Assembly (NCBI GenBank): GCA_030390025.1 | Contig: CM059433.1 | Span: 12,092,001-12,156,000 of the forward strand | From: Squalus acanthias | Taxonomy: Eukaryota | Direction of reading: 5' to 3' | Length of the DNA: 64,000 nucleotides | Shown here: positions 51,526 to 64,000 of the stretch, piece by piece | How the letters are laid out: every line of letters begins with the position of its first letter | Position numbering within the stretch: position 1 is the stretch's first letter | The notes under the pieces: generated by a model | Database searches by the model: none | Seen by the model: only the letters and a program-made list of their open reading frames with translations | What the model was told of the DNA's origin: nothing | Program-made: the position numbers and the translations under genes

Positions 51526-51744
51526 ATCATTAGGTAACGCAATTCTAATGAAACTTTTTGAGATACCATATTTTGAATATCAGGGGCATTGCAAAATTTT
51601 GAGAAGGGCATTGCAATACAATTCAAATGCCTTTTGGAATAACATTATAACAGTGACTACACTTCAAAAGTACTTCATTGGCTGCAAAGCACTTTGGGAC
51701 TTTGAGGTCATGAAAGGTGCTATATAAATGCAAGTTATTTCGTC

Positions 51745-53050
51745 TGTAAGATTCTCAAAATTCACAGATCCCCCAAACTCTAAGAAAAACCCTAAGGAAA
51801 AAGACCTGGGACTCTTTTCCTAACTATTACAGGGTGGTGAAATGCATTGGGCCTAACCGAAGGACATTTTAGAGCGAAAAACAATATTTGGTATTTTAAA
51901 AGACATGTCTGGACTTGTAAGGGAGAAAAGGCTGTAAAGGAAGGTGGGGTCAACCCCTGTAAAGACAGTTTGGATATTGGAGTTAATGCAAACTGTCTGG
52001 GGAACCGCATGACCTCGCTTGGAGTTAATCGGCCCCTATCAGACATTAACATCCTAACAATAGACCCGAGGAAGAACAGTCTCCACCCAAATTACAGGAC
52101 CCATCAAGACATGCATAAAACAGATCACTTCGGCCCACTCTATAGAAATCCCAGGCCCAGTCAAGAAACTCAAAACCTGAGAACAATCAACTACAATCAA
52201 GCAGCAGATCAACAGGATGGAGCCATCCCGAAACCACTTCACACATCCACAAAAGGGTTACTGTTAACGAGCCCGCCAAAATCTTACAATAAACCGGGAC
52301 TGATTAGGAGGCCCCAATTAGTATAATTGAGGGCCTGTTTTCTCAAGAAGTCAGTTCAGCAGTTACAACAAGTTCTCTACAAGTTCAAGGGTGGAGCAGT
52401 TACACAGTTACAACAAGCAGGAGGTCAGCAGTGACAGTTCATCAGCAAGCAGTCCGGCAGGAGGCAGTTCCACAGTTCTGAAGAAGACAGTTCAACAAGG
52501 TGAGGGGGCAACAGAAAGAAGTTCAACAAAGAAGGCCAGCAGCTCCAGAAGCAGGCCGACACGCAAGAAGAAACCAGAGCAACAGTTCCAGTGACCATCA
52601 GACACCTCGCGGCAACAAGGGCCTTACGAAACTTTTCACTTAAAAAGACTCTAAACCCTATCTCTAACAGAGGAAAAGTGGGTACTCACCCGATAAATCC
52701 AATCCAGCGAACCCCGAAACCGCGAACCAGCTCAACTGTCAAGGATTCGTTTGGTGAGCATTATCCCTGGTCCTCTACAGCCCAACTTAGCTAGTAAAGT
52801 GGGATTGGGAGGGGTGAGGTATTCTTCTAATGTGGTTTCCCTCGTATGCACCGAAGTGTTCCCCATTTTATTAGAGTGTTAAGATTGTTGTGTTATATTT
52901 ACTCTCTTGAATAAAGATCAAAAGTTCTTGCACCAAACCAGTTGTCTGCTGCACTTTTGTCACAACCCCCAAATAAGTCCAAGGTCTAGAACCAAGGGAG
53001 TGGGAGCGATTCGAACTGCTCAGAAGTCAGAGGTGAAGCTGACACACACA
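51745..53050 (+). mobile_element. Candidate solo LTR, about 1.3 kb
   Basis: Starts TGTAAG directly after a SINE tail; TATAA at about 52322; a CAGTT/AGTTC-rich segment; AATAAA at 52910-52915; possible CA end near 53050. No clean TSD seen. Confidence 0.4.
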
Positions 53051-53611
53051 TCCTTTCTAATTGAGTAGCCATGTCATGTGCATTTTAGAAAGCCAGCGGC
53101 TTTGGAACAGTCACTGGCACTCTTCTTAGAAGGCACAGTGATGGGATAAACCGATCAGACAGGAATTGGCAAAGAGCTATTAAATAGTCACAGCTCATTA
53201 TTCCTAGCAGATGCTGAAGACTGCTGATTAAGCATCTCGGCTCACTTGGTATTCTTGCTCCAAAGTGATATTTTTCCAGAGGTTATTGCTTTTCATGGTG
53301 AAGCAGCACCGTGTGACCAATGCTTATGGACAAATAACATAATTCAAGATGACTAAACAATAGTCCTTACAAGATACAGTAAAGGAAGGTCCAGTATATT
53401 CTGGCTGAAGAGACAGGAGCCTCAGCAACCCTCAAAACAATTTAAAATCAAAAACACATTATCCTCTAATCAAATACTTGTTGAATAACTCAAATCAAGT
53501 CGATGAAGTAAAGACCCTTTAATTTAACTCTTTGTGCAAAGTTCAATAGAAATATCCTTTTATTGGGGAAACATTGCATCGGACATAGAACCATCCTTTT
53601 AAAAGAAAAAC

Positions 53612-56022
53612 CATAAGAACATAAGAAATAGGAGCAGGAGTCGGCCATTTGGCCCCTTGAGCCTGCTCCAACATTCAATAAGATCATGGCTGATCTTCCA
53701 CCTCAACTCCACTTTCCTGCACTATCCCCATATCCCTTGATTCTCTTAATATCCAAAAATTTATCGATCTCGGTCTTGAATATACTCAACGACTGACCTC
53801 CACAGCCTTCTGGGGTATAGAGAACTCCAAAGATTCACCACCCTCTGAGTGAAGAAATTTCTCCTCATCTGAGTCCTAAATGGCCGACCCCTTATTCTGA
53901 GACTGTGACCCCTGGTTCAAGACTCCTCAGCCAGGGGAAACATCCTCCCCTGCATCTACCCTGTCAAGCCCTGTAAGAATTTTATATGTTTCAATGAGAT
54001 CACCTCTCATTCTTCTAAACTCTAGAGAAGATAGGCCTAGTCTACTCAATCTCTCCTCATAGGACAATCCCCTATCCCAGGAATCAGTCTGGTGAACCTT
54101 CGTTGCACTCCCTCTATGGCAAGTATATCCTTCCTCGGGTAAGGAGACCAAAACTGTACACAATACTCCAGGTGTGGTCTCACCACGGCCCTATATAATT
54201 GCAGGAAGACGTCTTTACTCTTACACTCAAATCCTCTTGTAATAAAGGCCAACATACCATTTGCTTTCCTAATTGCTTGCTGTACCTGCATGTTAACTTT
54301 CAGTGATTCGTGTACAAGGACACCCAGGTCCCTCTGAACACCAACATTTCCCAATCTCTCACCATTTAAAAAATACTCTGCTTTTCTATTTTTCCTACCA
54401 AAGTGAATAACTTCACATTTCTCCACATTATATTCCATTTGCCATGTTCTTGTCCACTCACTTAGCTTGTCTATATCCCCTTGAAGCCTTTTTGCATCCT
54501 CCTCACAACTTACAATCCCACCCAGCTTTGTATCATCAGCAAATTTGGATATATTACATTTGGTCCCCTCATCCAAATCATTGATATAGATTGTGAATAG
54601 CTGAGGCCCAAGTACTGATCCTTGTGGTACCCCACAAGTTACAGCCTGCCAACCCGAAAATGACCCGTTTATTCCTCCTCTCTGTTTTCTGTCCGTTAAC
54701 CAATCCTCAATCCATGCTGGTATATTACCCCCAATCCCATGAGCCCTAATTTTGTTTAATAACCTCTTGTGTGGCACCTTATTGAATGCCTTCTGAAAAT
54801 CCAAATACACCACATCCACTGGTTTCCCCTTATCTATTCTGCTAGTTACAACCTCAAAAAACTCCAATAGATTCGTCAAACACGATTTCCCTTTCATAAA
54901 TCCATGTTGACTCTGCCCAATCCTATTATTTTCTAAGTGCCCTGTTACCACGTCCTTAATAATATATTGTAGCATTTTCCCTACTACTGATGTCAGGCTA
55001 ATTGGTCTGTAGTTCCCAGTTTTCTCTCTCCCTCCTTTCTTAAATAGTGTGGTTACATATGCTACCTTCCAATCCACGGGAACCGTTCTAAAATCTATGG
55101 AATTTTGGAAAATAACAACCAATGCATCCACTATCTCTATAGCCACCTCTTTCAAAACCCTAGGTTGTAGACCATCAGTTCCAGGGGATTTATCGGCTTT
55201 CAGTCCCATTAATTTTTCCTGTACTATTTTTTTATACTAATACTAATTTCTTTCAATTCCTCATTCTCGCTAGAGCCTTGGTTCTCCACGATTTCCGGGA
55301 AGATTTTTGCGTCTTTTCCGTGAAGACAGACACAAAGTATTTATTTGATTTCACTGCCATTTCCTTATTCCCCATTATAATTTCTCCTGTCTCAGCCTGT
55401 AAGGGACCCACATTTACTTTTGCTAATCTTTTCCTTTTTACATATAGAAGCTTTTACAGTCTGTTTTTATGTCTCTCGCTAGTTTACTCTCATTCTATTT
55501 TCCCCTTTATCAATTTCTTGGTCTTCCTTTGCTGAATTCTAAAATCCTCCCAATCCTCAGGCTTACTACTCTTTTTGGCAACATTATAAGCCTCTTCCTT
55601 TGATCCAATACTATCTCTAACTTCTCGTTAGCCACGGTTGGACTACTTTTCATGTGGGGTTTTTGTGCCTTAAAGGAATGTATATTTGTTGTAAATTATG
55701 TATTAATTCTTTAAATGCTAGCCATTACTTCTCTACCATCATACCTTTTAATGTAGTTTCCCAATCTACCTTAGCCAACTCGCCCCTCATACCTACGTAG
55801 ATTGCTCTTTTTAGATTTAAGACCCTAGTTTCGGATTTAACTAAATCACTTTCAAATTCAATATAAAATTCTATCATATTATGGTCACTCTTCCCTAAAG
55901 GCCCCTTTACTACAAGGTTATTAATTAACCCTTTCTCGTTGCACAAAACTTGATCTAAAATAGCCTATTCCCTAGTTGGTTCCTCAACATACTGATCTAG
56001 AAAACTATCTTGCATACATTCC
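53612..56022 (-). mobile_element. CR1 LINE, 2.4 kb, with an uninterrupted 387-aa RT segment
   Basis: ORF 54046..55209: [57 protein letters not shown]; (TAAGAACA) tail. Confidence 0.95.
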
Positions 56023-56646
56023 ATTCATTAAACCCTTAACAATTAAACAACAGATTGTGGTGCCATATAATTAAACTCATCACGTGTTGGTAGGAGCTAA
56101 AAAACACCTTTACACTGAAAATAGTTTTGAGAAACTGAAGCTTAAGGTACATCAGTAATTCAGTGTATGTACTTAGAAGAGAGACGTAGGTCAGTGGAAT
56201 GAGTTCCCACAAACACATAACATAACCACAAGGAGGAGCTATCTGTGGTGTAAATACACCATTAGCTCGTCCAATTGGCCATTCATCATGTCTACCTACA
56301 CAGTGAAGCCAAATCTTGCTTACCCAACATCCCCACATTGATGGTTCCAGCAGAGGTTACTGGACAGCAATCAATAGCAGGAACCTTAGCTGAATTTCTT
56401 CTTCATAATCCAGTGTCACTGAAATCAACTGAAGTGACTTTACTATCACCTTGGCTTAAATTGATTAATGCAGTACAAACCAAGGATCAAACCTGGGACC
56501 TTCCTCGCGCATGGTTCAGATACTTATGGACTAAAATTAGTTATTTGGGGGTCGGGGGAGTAATAAGTTATACAGCTTACATGCTTGAAAAATTAGTGCA
56601 AGAGGAAAGGTGGAACAACAAAATTAATATACGGTTAACATACAAT

Positions 56647-57335
56647 GACCCAAAATTTGCGATCGGAGGCTTCCCGCGGGCGGATGCCTCCGACCTGTAA
56701 AAAATCTACACATTTACCCGATGGCCCGGAGGCTTGCGATCCTGGGCCTCTCTGGGTACCCGTGGGTAGAGGCCCACGTATCCCAGGGATGCATGCGGTT
56801 CGCAAGCACCCCTAGGATCACGTGGGCCGGCCCAACCAATAAAAGAAGGGAATCCCCATCAATACTTATGGGAATTCCGTACGTACGGAACTCCCATAAG
56901 TATGAATGGGGATCACTTAAAAAATACACAAACACATGAAATAAATAAATATTACATATTTAAAATTAATTAAAATGCCATTTAATTAAATATTTTAAAT
57001 GAAAATTTAATTTTTTGAAAAAACAATTTATATGTTTTAACAGGGCTAAAAATAAACTTACCTTATTACACAGGGTTTTTAATGTATAAATGAGTGATAA
57101 AATTTCATTTTTCTGTTTTTTAGAAACTTATGCTGGTAAAAGCAGGCCTTACGTCTGCTTTTACCAGGCGTAAGAATTTCAAAGGCATTCAGTGGGTGGA
57201 AGTATGGCAAATAGTGCAACTCTCCACCCGCAGAGGCCCATCTCCCGGGGTGTCAAGAGGATTCTTGACAGCTCACAAGTTCTGGGTTTTAGCGCATGCC
57301 CGTACACACCCGTAGGGGGTCGCAAAATACGGCCA
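56647..57335 (+). mobile_element. MITE family A copy
   Basis: Degenerate TIRs ...AATTTGCGA / TCGCAAAAT...; AAT on both flanks; same internal palindromes as the other copies. Confidence 0.8.
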
Positions 57336-57639
57336 AATAGATCAACTAGCTTGGCTAGTTATTGTGTAATAGCTATTTATACTATATATTTTGTAATGAA
57401 CTTAACCTGCAGAGACAAGATAGGTCTAATAGTATACCATAATCATATATCTTCCCTATAACAAGCCACCATTTGAACTTCATACAGGGTGTGAACTGGG
57501 TCAGGGGAGAAGTATTCACACAAGCAGATTAGACAGTTAATCTTTCTCCACAATATTCAGCATTCCTGAAACTACTGCTCTCGCTGCTTCCCGAGATCCA
57601 CGCTCAAAGCGATGCGCCGCCACATGCACGTTTTTGACC

Positions 57640-58108
57640 TCAGCTGTGGCTCAGTGGGTAGCACTCTCGCCTCTGAGTCAGAAGGTTGTGGGTTCAAAGT
57701 CCCACTCCAGAGACTTGAGCACAAAAATGTAGTCTCACACGCCAGTGCAGTGCTGAGGGAGTTATGCACTGTCGGAGGTGCCATCTTTCAGATGAAACGT
57801 TAAACCGAGGCCCTGTCTGCTCTCTCAGGTGGACGATGGCACTATTTCAAAGAGGAGGAGGGGAGTTATCCCCGATGTCCTGGCCAATATTTATCCCTTA
57901 ATCAACAGCATTAAAACAGATTATCTGGTCATTATCACATTGCTATTTGTGGGAGCTTGCTGTGTGCAAATTGGCTACCGCGTTTCCTACATTACAATAG
58001 TGACTACACTTCCAAAAAAAAAATACTTCATTGGCTGTAAAGCGCTTTGGGACGTCCGGAGGTCGTGAAAGGTACTATATAAATGCAAGTCTTTCTTTTT
58101 TTCTCTCT
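57640..58108 (+). mobile_element. SacSINE1/DeuSINE-like SINE
   Basis: Homologous to 26111-26655, without the 73-bp insert. Confidence 0.85.
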
Positions 58109-58109
58109 T

Positions 58110-61100
58110 CAGCAGCACCGACTCACTATCTCAGTTGTCCTGGTTCGCAGTTCCATTTCATCCTTCACCTCATCCGGCGCTTTAACAAAAAACATTTTTT
58201 CATCCTTCAGGTGTCAAGGACCACAAGCTTCAACAACTCTTTGATACCAATGCCCCTCGGATCCTTTTTCTCTTTCACTTTCCTCTGACCCTATCCCTCC
58301 TTCCAATCTCACCACTTGTTGTGTTTTCACTATCGCCTCTGACTTTTCCCCTCTCTGACCCTGAACGATCAGTCCTCATCAAAGGCCTCAGCTTCAACCC
58401 CTTACTCCCCTGACTCAAAGAATTTCAAGCTCAGCACGATGTAGAGCTCTTCTTCCATTGTCGCCTCCTCGCCCACTTCTTTGGCCAGGAATCGTCCCAC
58501 TTCCCCTTTCTCCAGAATTCTTGTTCCACCTGGAGCCCTTCTACTGACCTCTTGCCGTCTCTAGATCTTTTCACTGGGAACTGCCAGCATGACTTCGGCC
58601 GTCTCAATTTCTCTACTTCCACTAACCTACCTCCCTCTGAACTTGCAGCACTCCGTTCTCTCAGGTCCAATCCTGACATTATCATTATACCTGCTGACAA
58701 GGGTGGAGCTGTTGATGTTTGGTGAACTGACCTCTACCTTACGGAGCCTGAACGCCAATTCCCTGACGCCTCCTACCTTCCCATGGACTATGACCCCACT
58801 ATCAAACATCAAGCCATCATTTCCCAGACCGTCGCTGACTTCATATCCTTTGGAGATCTTCCCTCGCCCCCCACCTCCCCCCACGGAACTTGTTTCTTCC
58901 TATCTTGACTATTTATTTTTTCTCCCCTCTCTTCTGATGCCCTCCGCCACTTGAACAGTTTCCAGTTTCCTGCCCCTAACGGATTCCTTTTATCCATGGG
59001 CGTCCAGTCCCTCTACACCTCCAGCCCCCACCAGGATGGCCTGCGGGCCTTCCGCTTCTTCTTTGAACGGAGGCTCAACCAGTCACCTTCCACCACCACC
59101 CTCCCCCGCATGGCTGAACTTGTTCTTACTTTGAACAACTTCTCCTTTGACTCCTCTCACTTCCTCCAAATAAAAGGTGTTGCTATGGGAACTGGTATGG
59201 TTCCCAGCTATGCCTGCCTTTTTGTGGGATATGTGGATCATTCTTTGTTCCAATCCTACACAGGTCCCCTTCCTCACCTCTTTTTCTGGTACAATGATGA
59301 CAGTATTGGTGCCACTTCCTGCTCTCGCACCGAATTGAAAAATTTCATCAACTTTACTTCCAATTTCCACTCTTCCCTCGCCTTCACATGGGCCATCTCC
59401 GACTCTTCCCTTCTTTGACTTCTCTATCTCCATTTCTGGATGGGTTGTCAACCAATATCTACTATAAGCTCACTGACAGTTACCTTGATTACACTTCCTC
59501 CCAACCTGCTTCCTGTAAGGACTCTTTTCCATTCTCCCAGTTTTTCTGTCTCCGTCCCATCTGTTCGGACGATGCCACCTTCCACACCAGTGCTTCCAAT
59601 ATGTCTTCCTTTTTCCTCAACTGATGATTCCCCTCCACTATGGTTGACATGGCCCTCGACCGTGTCCGTCCCATTTTCCGCACTTCTGCTCTCACCCCTC
59701 CCCCTCAGAACCACAATAGGATTCCCTCGTCCTCCATCCGAACAGCTTCCACATTCAACAAATTATCCTCCGTCATCTCCAGCGCAATCCCACCACCAAA
59801 CACATCTTCCCCTCCCCTTTCAGCATTCCGAAGGGACTGTTCCCTCCTCAACACCCTGGTCCACTCTTCAATCACCCCCAACAACCCCTCCCCTTCCCAA
59901 AGCACCTTCCCGTGCAAGCGCAGGAGATGCAACACCTGCCCTTTTACCTCCTCCCTTCCCACCGTCCAGGGCCCCAAACACTTCTTCCAGGTGAAACAGT
60001 GATTTCATTGTACTTCTGTCAATTTCGTATACTGTGTTTGCTGCTCACAATGTGGTCTCCTCTACATTGGGGATACCAAACGCAGATTAGGTGATCGCTT
60101 TGCTGAACACCGCAAGCGTGACCTTCAGCTTCCGGTCGCTTGCCATTTTAATGCTCTGCCCCACTCCCACCTCGGCCTCCTACACTGTTCTAACGAAGCT
60201 CAACGTAAGCTTGAGGAACAGTACCTCATCTTTCGATTAGGCACTTTACAGCCTTCCTGACTCAACATTGTGTTGAACAATTTCAGATCATAACCACTGC
60301 TCCCATTTTTTCAGTCAGCAGGTGCTGGTAATGGTTCTGCTGTTGGAATGTACAGCTCCTCTAGACCCATCTTTTGTTTCTTTATTTGTCCCATTACCAC
60401 GCCCTTTTGCCTAGCTCCCACATTCCACCCTACGTGAACTTGGTCATTCAAAACTCGGCTACCCGTGTCCTAACTCGCACCAAGTCCCGGTCGCCCATCA
60501 CCCCTGTGCTTGCTGACCTACATTGGCTCCCGGTTAAGCAACGCCTCGATTTCAAAATTCTCATCCTTGTTTTCAAATCCCTCCATGACCTTGCCCCTTC
60601 CTATCTCTGTAATTTCCTTCAGCCCCCCCTCCCCCGAGATATCTGCGCTCCTCTAATTCTGCCCTCTTGAGGATCCCTGATTATAATCGCTCAACCTTTG
60701 GTGGCCGTGCCTTCTGTTGCCTTGGCCCTAAGCTCTGGAATTCCCTGCCTAAACCTGTCGGCCTCGCTACCTCTCTTTCCTCCTTCAAGACACTCCTTAA
60801 AACCTACCTCTTTGACCAAACTTTCGGTCACCTGCCCTAATTTATCCTTATGTGGATCGGTATCAAATTTTTTGTCTTAAAATACTCCTGTGAAGCGCCT
60901 TGGGACTTTTACTACGCTAAAGGTGCTATATAAATACAAGTTGTTGTTGTTGCACCATCATCCCTTTTCTCATTTAATCTCTCCTGTCTTCCACCCTATC
61001 ACAGACCTTCCCTTTTGTTCTTTCCTCCCTCTCCCTTCCCCTGCCTCTGCCCTTGCTTAAAACCTGTTACATCTCTAACTTTTGCCAGTTGACGAAAGGT

Positions 61101-61210
61101 CATCGACCTGAAATGTTAACTCTGTTTCTCTCGCCACAGATGCTGCCTGACCTGCTGAGTATTTCCAGCATTTTCTGTTTTTATTTCAGAATTCCACAGT
61201 ATTTTGCTTT
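58110..61210 (+). mobile_element. Penelope-like element, about 3 kb, decayed RT and GIY-YIG, interrupted by an L2 fragment
   Basis: PADKGG-encoding CCTGCTGACAAGGGTGGA at about 58690; ORF 58951..59418 reads SLYTS..H.DGL, Q.KGVAMGT, YNDD; Cys linker and YIG region at 59900-60100; terminal repeat like 18170-18386. Confidence 0.9.
60413..60951 (+). mobile_element. L2 LINE 3' end nested in the PLE
   Basis: IQNSATRVLTRTK..PITPVLADLHWLPVKQRLDFKIL; (GTT)n tail; the PLE resumes after it. Confidence 0.88.
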
Positions 61211-61877
61211 TCTGTTAGGTAGTTAATTTAGTTCTGTGAAATCTACTATTTAGCATAATCATAGAATCTTATAGCCTGCGCTTTCCCTATAGCCTTGCAA
61301 TTTTCTCCCCTTCAAGTATTTATTCAGTTCCCGGAATCTGCTTCCACCACCCTCTCAGGTAGTGCATTCCAGATCATAATAACTCGCTGTGTGAAAACAT
61401 TTCTCCTCATCTAACCCTGGTTCTTTTGTCAATTACCTTAAATTTGTGTCCTCTGGTTACTGACCCATCTGCCAGTGGAAACAGTTTCTCCTCATTTACT
61501 CTATCAAAATCCTTCATGATTTTGAACGCCTCCATTAAATCTCCCCTTAATCTTCTCTGCTCGGAGAACAATCCCAGCTTCCCTAGTCTCTCCATGTAAT
61601 TAAAGTCCCTCATCTCTGGTACCATTCTAGTAAATCTCCTCTGCACCCACGCCAAGTCCTTCTAAACTGTGGTGCCCAGAATGTGGTGTGATTCTGTGAT
61701 CCAGAATTGGACACAATACTCCAGCTGAGGCCTAACAAGTGATTTATAAAGGTTTAGCATAACTTCCTTGCTTTTGTACTCTATGCCTCTATTAATAAAG
61801 TCAAAGAACCAGTATGCTTTAACAACCTTATCAACTTGTCTTGCCACCTTCAAATATTTCTGTACGTAAAGCTCCAG

Positions 61878-62773
61878 GGGGGGGGGGGGGGGGGGGAGAA
61901 ATTCGGTATCGCCCCGTTTGGGGCGCAATTATCAGCCGGGCTCAAAGTTTAGCACCTGGCGCTAATTATCGCCTCCGACTGCAAACTTGGCTTCTATCGC
62001 CCTTGGAGGTGATTGGAGCGCTAAATCAGGTGCTACACACCTCTCTTAAGGCACTAACGCCGAGGAGCGAGGCGCTACCTCAGAGCGCTGGCAAAGCTCA
62101 TGTGAGGTCAGTCAGCAATGGAACACAGACACAATGGCACCGGCCAGTTCTTAAAGGGGAGGGTCGATTTTGCTCTCCATTCACACCCTGCTCATTGCAG
62201 CCTTGAATCTCGGCCTGGAGAGACCTGTACATCAAATCTGCTGGAAAGAACAATGGAGGCGCCCAGGGAAAGAGCTCAGAGTGCAGCCCCCAAAGTCTCT
62301 TCTAAATCGATGCAAGGAAGGTCAAATCAAATTGAACCTGCAAAGTGCTGCCCAGTACCCAAAACTCCTTCACACAGCGTTGAATCTCTCCAGAAGTCTC
62401 TCTCTCTCTCTCTCTGAATGCGTGGTGCAAAAATGTCGCCGACAAAAAAAGGCAGGCAGTGGTCGCTTTAAATAGCACTCCCCCAGTCCCTTCCCGACTG
62501 CAAAACGCTCCCCTCAACCTGTCGTTGCTAGCGGCAGGCGGTAAGGCAGGGGGTGCCACTCAATATCCGGTATGGGGCGCGACCGGGGCGTTGCATGCTT
62601 GATTGACGTCATGATCTGCGGGTGCAGGAGATCGTGGCGGTAGTGTTTAGCGCCGCTGCAAAATGTCTGGTCAATTTCGCGAACGGCGCAAACATCGCCG
62701 CGTCCGGGCGCTAGCTGCTTTGCGCCCCCTTAGGGCGCTAACGGGAGGCGCAAAGCCACCAAATTTTTCCCCC
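61878..62773. mobile_element. GC-rich MITE, probably PIF/Harbinger-like, nested in CR1
   Basis: TIRs GGGGAGAAATTCGGT / ACCAAATTTTTCCCC; 3-bp flanks CAG / TAG; the host CR1 is collinear across it. Confidence 0.75.
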
Positions 62774-63280
62774 TAGGTCACTGTCCCTGCACCCCCTTTA
62801 AAATTGTACCATTTGCTTTATATTGCCATTCCTCATTCTGCCTTCCAAAATCATCACTTCACACTTCCCTGCGTTAAATTTCATCTGCCATGTGTTTGCT
62901 CATTTCACCAGTCTATGTCCTCCTGAAGTCTGCTACTATCCTCCTCACGGTTTACTACATTTCTGAGTTTCATATCATTTGCAAACTATGAAATTATGCC
63001 CTGTATACCCAAGCCCAGGTTATTAATATACATCAAAGAGAGCAGTGGTCCTAATACCGACCCCTGGGGGACACGACTGTACATTACTTCGTCTGTAAAA
63101 CAACCGTTCTCCATTACTTTTTGCTTTCAATCCCTTAGCCAATCTTATGTCCATGTTGCTACTGCCCCTTTAATCCCATGAGCTTTAATATTGCTAACAA
63201 GTCTATTACGTGGCACTTTACCAAATGCCATATACACAACATCAACCGCACTACCCTCATCAACCCTTTCTGTTACTTCA

Positions 63281-63396
63281 TAAGAACATAAGAAATGGGA
63301 GCAGGAGTAGGCCATAAGGCCCCTTGAGCCTGCTTCACCATTCAATAAGATCATGGCTGATCTTCTACTTCAACTCCACTTTACTGCCATATCCCC
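63281..63396 (-). mobile_element. 116-bp CR1 3' tail nested in CR1, 6-bp TSD
   Basis: TAAGAACATAAGAAATGGGAGCAGGAGTAGGCC...; ACTTCA at 63275-63280 and 63397-63402. Confidence 0.8.
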
Positions 63397-64000
63397 ACTT
63401 CAAAGAACTTAATTATTTAGTCAAACACTATTGGCCTTTAAAAAATCCTTTAACAAATCCAGTGATTAACCCATGTTTTTCCAAGTGACAATTAATTTTG
63501 TCCCGGATTATTGTATCTAAAGGTTTTCCCCATCACCAACGTTAGGCTGACTGGCCTGTAGTTAGCTGGTTTATCCCCTTCCCCCCTTTTCTTTTTTTGA
63601 ACAGCGGTGTAACATTTGCAACCCACCAGTCCTCTGGTACCACGCCCATATCCAAGGAGGATTGGAAGATTGTGCCCAGAGCTTTCGCTATTTCCAACCT
63701 TACTTCCCTCAGCAACCGAGGATGCATCCCATCCAGACCGGGTGACTTCTATTTTGAGTGCTGCCAACCTTTTAAGTACCTCCTCTATCTTTTTTATCCT
63801 ATCCAATTTCTCTACGATCTCCTCCTTTACTGTGGCATTGGCAGCATCCTCTTCTTTTGTGAAGACAGATACAATATATTCATTCAGTACCTCAGCCATG
63901 CTCTCTGCCTCCACAAGATGATCTCCTTTTTGGTCCTTAGTTGGCTCCACCCTTCCTTTAACCATCCTTTTACTATTTATATATTTATAAAAAGACTTTT

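Larger units (their letters stand above)
61257..64000 (-). mobile_element. CR1 LINE running off the window, with two nested insertions
   Basis: ORFs 61407..61655, 61662..61928, 63145..63354 and 63492..63965 carry CR1 motifs. Confidence 0.9.

Noticed and set aside
54046..55209. 387-aa reverse transcriptase ORF as an active or domesticated gene
   Set aside because: It is part of a 5'-truncated CR1, frameshifted on both sides, with no ORF1 or complete endonuclease.
57550..57575. Minus-strand TTTCAGGAATGCTGAA resembling the FQNAE motif of the next upstream TRAPPC12 exon
   Set aside because: An extra base breaks the frame, and the flanks do not encode the expected LWFVRL / DLYYEYYP-like sequence. 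That exon probably lies beyond 64000.
1..64000. CRISPR array, operon or other prokaryote-style system
   Set aside because: No regularly spaced repeat-spacer array or gene cluster; the window is eukaryotic intron plus transposons.

Overview
Vertebrate genomic DNA, almost certainly from a cartilaginous fish, judged from HE1/V-SINE-like and SacSINE1/DeuSINE-like SINEs plus abundant CR1, L2 and Penelope-like elements. The only host gene I can support is TRAPPC12 (TTC15) on the minus strand. Six consecutive GT-AG coding exons (42860-42972, 39614-39686, 33048-33121, 21245-21343, 3353-3456, 822-909) splice in frame into the TPR-containing C-terminal half; I found no other exons, so they probably lie outside the window. 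The rest is intron packed with nested, mostly decayed mobile elements, and nearly all other ORFs in the track are fragments or antisense shadows of these. I found no new protein-coding system. The most interesting signals are non-coding. (1) A 265-bp TSD-flanked fold-back insertion carries a minimal hammerhead-ribozyme motif on each strand, and a collapsed 73-bp sibling lies elsewhere. (2) A second hammerhead motif sits at a Penelope 3' end. (3) A perfect 71-bp locally templated insertion. (4) An inverted pair of LINE ends sharing private variants. (5) A MITE family whose internal palindrome shows compensatory changes. Repeat boundaries are by eye (roughly +/-10-30 bp unless a TSD is given), and family names come from recognition, not from a database search.
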